Positions 62,301 to 64,000 of a stretch of 64,000 nucleotides of DNA are shown here, piece after piece. The position numbers were made by a program, and so were the translations under genes. A model generated the notes under the pieces. It was not told the DNA's origin, ran no database searches, and worked only from the letters and a program-made list of their open reading frames with translations. This DNA is from Gammaproteobacteria bacterium. Lineage in GTDB: Bacteria > Pseudomonadota > Gammaproteobacteria > Eutrophobiales > Eutrophobiaceae. How positions within the stretch are numbered: the stretch's first letter is position 1; each line of letters begins with the position of its first letter. The stretch is from NCBI GenBank assembly GCA_965215365.1, contig CBDCDS010000003.1, positions 1,280,001 to 1,344,000 of the forward strand, written 5' to 3'.

Positions 62301-64000
62301 AGCGGCAGCAACACGATTGCCAAGGCTAATCTTAACTACCGGTTTGTGGAATACCACGCGCCGCTGATGACCACCCGGGCGGCGCCCAAGCTGATTTACC
62401 CGGCTTCTGAGAAGCCGGATCCGCTGTCGAATGCCCGTACCATTGTGGTGCCGGCGAACGTCACCCAACCCATCTTAGTGACGGCGTATGTCCCCAAGGG
62501 GCAGGCGGCGGGGACCTACACCGGCACGGTGACGGTCAAGACCACCCAGGGGGACAAGACGGTGTCTTTGAGCGTCAAGGTCTATCCGGTGGAGATTCCC
62601 GATGCCAAGGACAGCGAGTTTAAGCAGTACAACTGGACCGAGACCAACATGTACTCCATCCGCAATGAAGAGGACATGGGCTTTTCGTACTACGGGATTG
62701 ACAAGTACTCTGATGATTGGTGGGAATTGATGGAGAACATGGCCGATACCATGTCGACGTATCGCCAGAACATGGCGATTGTGTGGGCGGTGGGTCTGCT
62801 GCGCGATGGCGGCAGTAAGGCCAAGGCCGATGGCACTTATGAGTGGGACTGGCGGCTGTTCGACAAGTACATCGAGACTTATAACCAGCGCGGTATGAGC
62901 CACTTCGGCGGCGGGCATTTGTCGTTGCACTGGACCGGTAAGCCCGGGAGTAACAATGTGCTTAATAATTTTCAGGTGATGCGCTTAGCGCCCGATGCCG
63001 ATGGTGAGACGCGCCTTGCAGGCGGGTTTGTGCCGGTCTCGGCGGACGGTACCCCGCCTGCTTACACGACCGCCAAAGACACACAGGCCACCACCGCGGC
63101 CGATGCCGAAGCGAGCAAGGCCGCCGGGAAGTGGTTGGAGGCTTACCTGACGGCCTTGAACACCCGCGCTTCGGCCACAACCCTAGCCAACGGCAAGAAG
63201 CTGGTCGATCACTGGTTTCAACATCTCGGCGATGAGCCGGAAGGCTCGCAGGGGCCGCAATGGGCGTATCTGGCCGATCAGGTCAAAGCCCATGCACCGC
63301 GCATGCGCAACATCGATGCGATCGGGTCGTCGGGTGCGAAAGTCCTGGTACAGGCTGCGAATGCGGCCAGGGTGACGGCCTGGAGTCCGTTCATTGCTGA
63401 GATTGATAACAGAAGAATGTTCTTCGCCGGCCAGCAACTCGCTGGCAAGCCGGTGTTTGCCTACATTGCGCTGGTGCCCGTGCACCCGTCCTTTAACCGC
63501 ATGTTCGCCAACGAACTGATCTCGACTTCCACGCTGTATTGGTATTGGTTCCGCCATAATCTCGACGGCTATTTGCACTGGGCGTTGAACGTGTGGTCGC
63601 TGGGGACGGGCAGTGGTTATGAAGGCGATACCCACATTGTCTATCCGGACATTGGCGGGCGCACGCTGCGCTCGTCGTTGCGCTATGAGGCCGAGCGCGG
63701 CGGGCTGGAGGACCTGGAGATATTGAAGCGCTATCAGGCGGCGGCGCCGGGCGCGGCCTATGCGCTGGCCGATGAGTTGGTCGACCCGGACGGCATCGGC
63801 GGTCTGATTACTCACACCAAGGATGTATCGTTGTACCGCACGGTGCGCACAGAGTTGTTGGAGAAAGCCGCCGCACAGGTCCCGGAAGTCGCGGTGGCGC
63901 CCCCGGTGCTGTCGATTAACAGCGTGGCGGTCACGGAGGGGGCGCCAGCGTATTTTGCGGTGCGCTCATCGCAGGTCCACACGCAACACTTACAGGTGAC
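50310..64000 (+). CDS. Giant secreted multidomain glycoside hydrolase/adhesin (>4560 aa, runs off the right edge)
   Basis: The same frame reads as protein at the start (MMYRTAGFAHRPALAGLLLSVGVVLAV), at internal checkpoints (56646, 59724, 63231) and at 63951+, and the ORF track lists no stop-terminated ORF in this frame. Contains discoidin/F5-8C-like, FN3, He_PIG, Calx-beta and three GH123/DUF4091-like modules. In-frame TTG 50295 and GTG 50301 are alternative starts after AGGAG. Confidence 0.9.
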   Translation, partial: MMYRTAGFAHRPALAGLLLSVGVVLAVSGLLRAGPVATPGARLTAGDLTVSMDETGLITGLTAPSGRDYHVNEPPTALLSLIVEDKPTDLPSAGTAAHYRPLRWRFTPGTPQLGETARGTYTFDFAEHLSVTVAFVEKPGYATLAVTALHNPAGKDVRHILWGPLSTSITESVGETVGVVRSRDFAIGLFGTNAKTLGGWARAYPATGLKSLAAGEDTAGDVRTVAQDFATAAAVRTVPGSILQAHTQDYTQGRMVEVAPTGGQEGRRRWVPALTGEFATAGQLVGSQVALFGVAGTDAAAVTHASRREALYVKVLARIGAIEVGEGMPHPQLDKVWAKQALRANAPYLLLEDLDSHNLDTALRWANELGWDTVAKDACWGVFARGGDFPVSDAFGGSDNALRSVIERARARHTTLGVDIRSNWLPAPYATTHLGGLAAAQHATLAAPVTATATTLTVAPLPGGDLQPGFATTGYVVIGTELMGYTETTPVAGNLVLSGLTRGVDATLAQGHAVDAPVKRVIRKTQCGEYLAGLTLMRGRVAERLIEVLDLGLGGVSLSGAEALAADGYGALAANLVMDKIYRALADNDNLITELSVLTPYTWHVNTRAGAVNQDRRILSSGLAAPQVSYPWGAQVSARRNYLARPMLGRWHIPDANGWRWALGKAAALDAGLAYVGRVRDAARHDAPLRREIRHWRYAALAGAFDAPNRLVMQERGAYFKLDRVRHAGAIGPTWKLSDWAPLGAAGGQRRNSRYLAPQLRGFPTANLARDAEVTVSGALAPEFDGAHALDGFTVTGHDGGAGEWALAAGAREKWIELTWETPRRVREIILFDRASPQQNVRAGSLTLTRADGTTTTQRVDALPLTGGAKRIALSDQALVKARFTLHATQGAAPGLAEFAVLGPAPVYQVSNLATGAVVSGVTAGQGARITDGVIAPGAEPAATLTGTWAQLDLGGLHYIGGLSVWHAFGDGRRYQDVVFELADNPAFTNSTIVFNNDADNSLGLGAGTDAPYTETAAGKQVLFAPTPARYLRLWSQGNTVNDANHLVEVEVYGTGHGTATATLSASSTAPGDLRAAIDGHPDTAIDLGTGPQYLQLDLGTPRQVNSLVVLREGDLRAYRNVVYQLSNDADFADTVTTVFHNDYDAVHGLGLKEPSQGEYAETPNGHYVRFAPRPARYVRLYSNGSDRDRHNRYHEVLVGTEHATRLPTPTPAWAPAESAQADNTARADNAAQQGAPPGAPIPGPAAGGAGLGARALLGPRQDPPGKLVSNTGEVASKTFRNHIATKFTTGNYRRGYVISSVGVHLGSASLPLGTSIPLTVKILRGSRNPGTNVVAELGAPDRLTENAVNTFTAPANTVLAANTTYFLSVSPKGLLTRANIQVSATTSDSQTGATGWSIANSSRTSTRVRGRDIWQDDNSSLMFVIKGISAPLRKPKGFKATPGNRKVTLTWTNPSDSTITKYQYRQGTGTTVTWGEWTNIPRSSATTTSHTVTGLDNGTAYSFEVRAVVDTEIGLASDAVTATPGVPLNFVTWHLPREVLYLKDAPILAPTRLPRAGNNVGTVTYALTPALPTGLQWDAKERTISGTPTVNQARTQYTMTATEPSNANAVDGVYTFHLTVAAEDNKPTFGSETQADLLLARGTAMPTVTLPKATGGDGTLTYQLLPLKWSNMGYNQNADRESNQPLDYAGVANLPAGLSFNTTTRALSGTPTANWTRALYTLVATDADGDTAGLNFHVAVANALTPATSSSTLEVWTDDALSHVNRNATKPGSPSTRIDLHAARNEYENGQIVLRSDADLTITEVAFSDLTSGSNTIAKAHLDYRFVEYHVPVMPTRATDLLYAATVRPNRPDPLSNARAIIVPANVTQPILVTAYVPKGQAAGTYTGDVTVKVKTAQGNQTKTVPLSVKVYAVQIPDAKDSEFLQYNWTETNMYSVRNDEDMGFSYYGIYKYSDDWWGLMGNMADTMSKHRQNMTIAWTVALLRDGGSKAKSDGTYDWQWGLFDKFIDTYNQGGMSHFGGGHLSFHWEGGKPRSWDAARHFEVAMLAPDANGETRIGGAVVPTSTSNADDERTVARDWLNAYLPELDKHIAAKGLLGGAKLRDKWFQHLGDEPGGSTDIQQWAYMADTLKDNAPKIRNLDAAQTSVGGLLQAANAARVNAWSPYLIEFDKRKTLFADQQALDKPVFVYVMYTPRDKNDYNRLFNNHLVSTSTLYWYYFRHNLDGNLHWALNVWSITAGDASKGDTHIVYPDIGGRTLRSSLRYEAERGGLEDLELLKLYKKTSASAANTLAEKLTTTTRTNHNKDVSTYRTVRAELLSAATNPPELSINSVAVLEGRTARFTVSLSKAHTANVTVQAATSNGTATAGSDYTAKTATLTIAVGSTSATFDVATSADDEVEGTETFEVTLSGPTNATLKEDGDTGVGALHDGDGGTRFDVPQNHSDVTRGGGAWTWDFGRNPPKFDNYGKNGYVTGANGAYLEYTFTGTGVDFISQVGPNHGDVDIHIDGTKMATVNLYQSGSVTGKYVAYSVRDLTAGEHTIRVTKRSATWLIVDAFSVYGAPLSFVTWHLPPEVRYVKDTAILAPTRLPRVGNGAGTVTYALTPTPPTGLQWDAKERTISGTPTVNKARTQYTMTATDAIGGTKAFTFHLTVANKDNKPTFGTAKQTDLLLKKDSARSVTLPAATGGDGTLTYQLLPLKWSNMGYNQGVRENNQPLDYAGVANLPAGVSFDATTRVLSGTPTANWTRALYTLVATDADGDTATLSFHVAVVTALTPATGSSTLEVWTDDALKHVNRDATKPSSPSTAIALHAARNEYESGQIVLRSDADLTITEVAFDDLTDGSNTIAKTHLDYRFVEYHVPVMPTRTTKLLYPAANRPDPLSNARSIVVPANVTQPILVTAYIPKWQAAGTYTGDVTVKVNTVQGVKTKTVSLSVKVYPVGIPDAKDSEFLQYNWTETNMYSIRNEEDMGRSYYGIDKYSDDWWGLMENMADTMSTYRQNMAIAWTVGLLRDGGSKAKADGTYEWDWRLFDKYIETYNQRGMSHFGGGHLALHWTGKPGSYNGYIDFQVALLSRDADGETRIAGALVPTSIANADERTVARDWLNDYLPELDTHIAAKTLVGGAKLRAQWFQHIADEPHAGSEIEQWVYMADALKAKAPNMRNLDAALHGIPELVKNADKVTAWSPYIDSFGQRKDFFAQQQAAGKPVFIYVLEIPSGQNDLNRLFKNYLVSTTTLYWHYFRHNADGNLHWALNVWSIASSSGNEGDTHIVYPDIGGRTLRSSLRYEAERAGLEDLELLKLYKAESSDAANTLADKLLSPPGAENRQDHNKNSSEYRAVRQELLEALPAVPLPPLPKPTGFTVTPGGGEVTLAWSEPADNGITKYQFRQGDGVPVTWGDWTDIPNSDADTTSHTVTGLTSGVAYSFEVRAVRGATSGSATAALTVMPTAPQLVSNTGEAVASKTFRNHIATKFRTGKGSAGYVISSVGVRLGSASLPLGTSIPLTVKILRGSRNPGTNVVAELGAPDRLTENAVNTFTAPANTVLAANTTYFLSVSPKLPLTRAYIQVSATTSDSQTGATGWSIANSSRTSTRVRGRDIWQDDNSSLMFVIKGTNHSNAKPTELSAIPGNGKVTLSWADPSDITITKYQYRQGTGTTVTWGEWTNIPSSSATTTSHTVTGLANGTAYSFEVRAVGGEVTGPASDVVSATPVVPTLNFVTWHLPPELRYVRYRAILAPTRLPRIDGGTGTVTYTLTPALPTGLKWDAKERTISGTPTADKARTQYTMTATDAASRTATYTFHLTVAAADKKPTFGSKTQADLLLKRGTAMPTVTLPAASSGDGTLTYQLLPLRWTNQSYNKGVRETNAPLDYAGEANLPAGLGFNTGTRVLSGTPTENWTRALYTLVATDTDGDTAALNFHVAVVDALAPATSSSALNIWTDDALNRVNRDATQPNSPSKAIALHAVRNEYESGQVVLRSNADLTITEVAFTDLTSGSNTIAKANLNYRFVEYHAPLMTTRAAPKLIYPASEKPDPLSNARTIVVPANVTQPILVTAYVPKGQAAGTYTGTVTVKTTQGDKTVSLSVKVYPVEIPDAKDSEFKQYNWTETNMYSIRNEEDMGFSYYGIDKYSDDWWELMENMADTMSTYRQNMAIVWAVGLLRDGGSKAKADGTYEWDWRLFDKYIETYNQRGMSHFGGGHLSLHWTGKPGSNNVLNNFQVMRLAPDADGETRLAGGFVPVSADGTPPAYTTAKDTQATTAADAEASKAAGKWLEAYLTALNTRASATTLANGKKLVDHWFQHLGDEPEGSQGPQWAYLADQVKAHAPRMRNIDAIGSSGAKVLVQAANAARVTAWSPFIAEIDNRRMFFAGQQLAGKPVFAYIALVPVHPSFNRMFANELISTSTLYWYWFRHNLDGYLHWALNVWSLGTGSGYEGDTHIVYPDIGGRTLRSSLRYEAERGGLEDLEILKRYQAAAPGAAYALADELVDPDGIGGLITHTKDVSLYRTVRTELLEKAAAQVPEVAVAPPVLSINSVAVTEGAPAYFAVRSSQVHTQHLQV

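Noticed and set aside
50273-63815. Dozens of short ORFs suggesting a gene-poor or degraded region
   Set aside because: All are shadows or off-frame fragments of the single giant plus-strand ORF.

Overview
GC-rich bacterial chromosome segment, most consistent with a Gammaproteobacterium. The Calx-beta/RTX adhesins, dispersed TA and defence genes and many miniature repeats suggest a host-associated lifestyle such as a marine-invertebrate symbiont (inference). The left half has housekeeping genes (radC, metZ, recQ, rplM-rpsI, coq7, degQ, class I fumarase). These are interleaved with single defence/TA genes (HicBA, MazEF-like, an orphan DNA methyltransferase, GmrSD-like, AAA-DUF4143) and two paralogous serralysin-RTX-Calx-beta proteins carrying an unnamed ~70-aa repeat. 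The right half (~32.6-64 kb) is a glycan-utilisation locus: a non-phosphorylative L-fucose/pentose pathway, TonB receptor, sulfatase, GH29 fucosidase, and a giant ORF missing from the ORF track (50310 to beyond 64000, >4560 aa) with three tandem GH123/DUF4091-like catalytic modules. Notable non-coding features are a SAM-II riboswitch upstream of metZ that is split by a 241-bp MITE (16-bp TIRs, TTAG duplication), a perfect 35-bp palindrome containing a leaderless promoter for the AAA-DUF4143 gene, and two dispersed MITE/palindrome families. No CRISPR array, rRNA or tRNA was seen.
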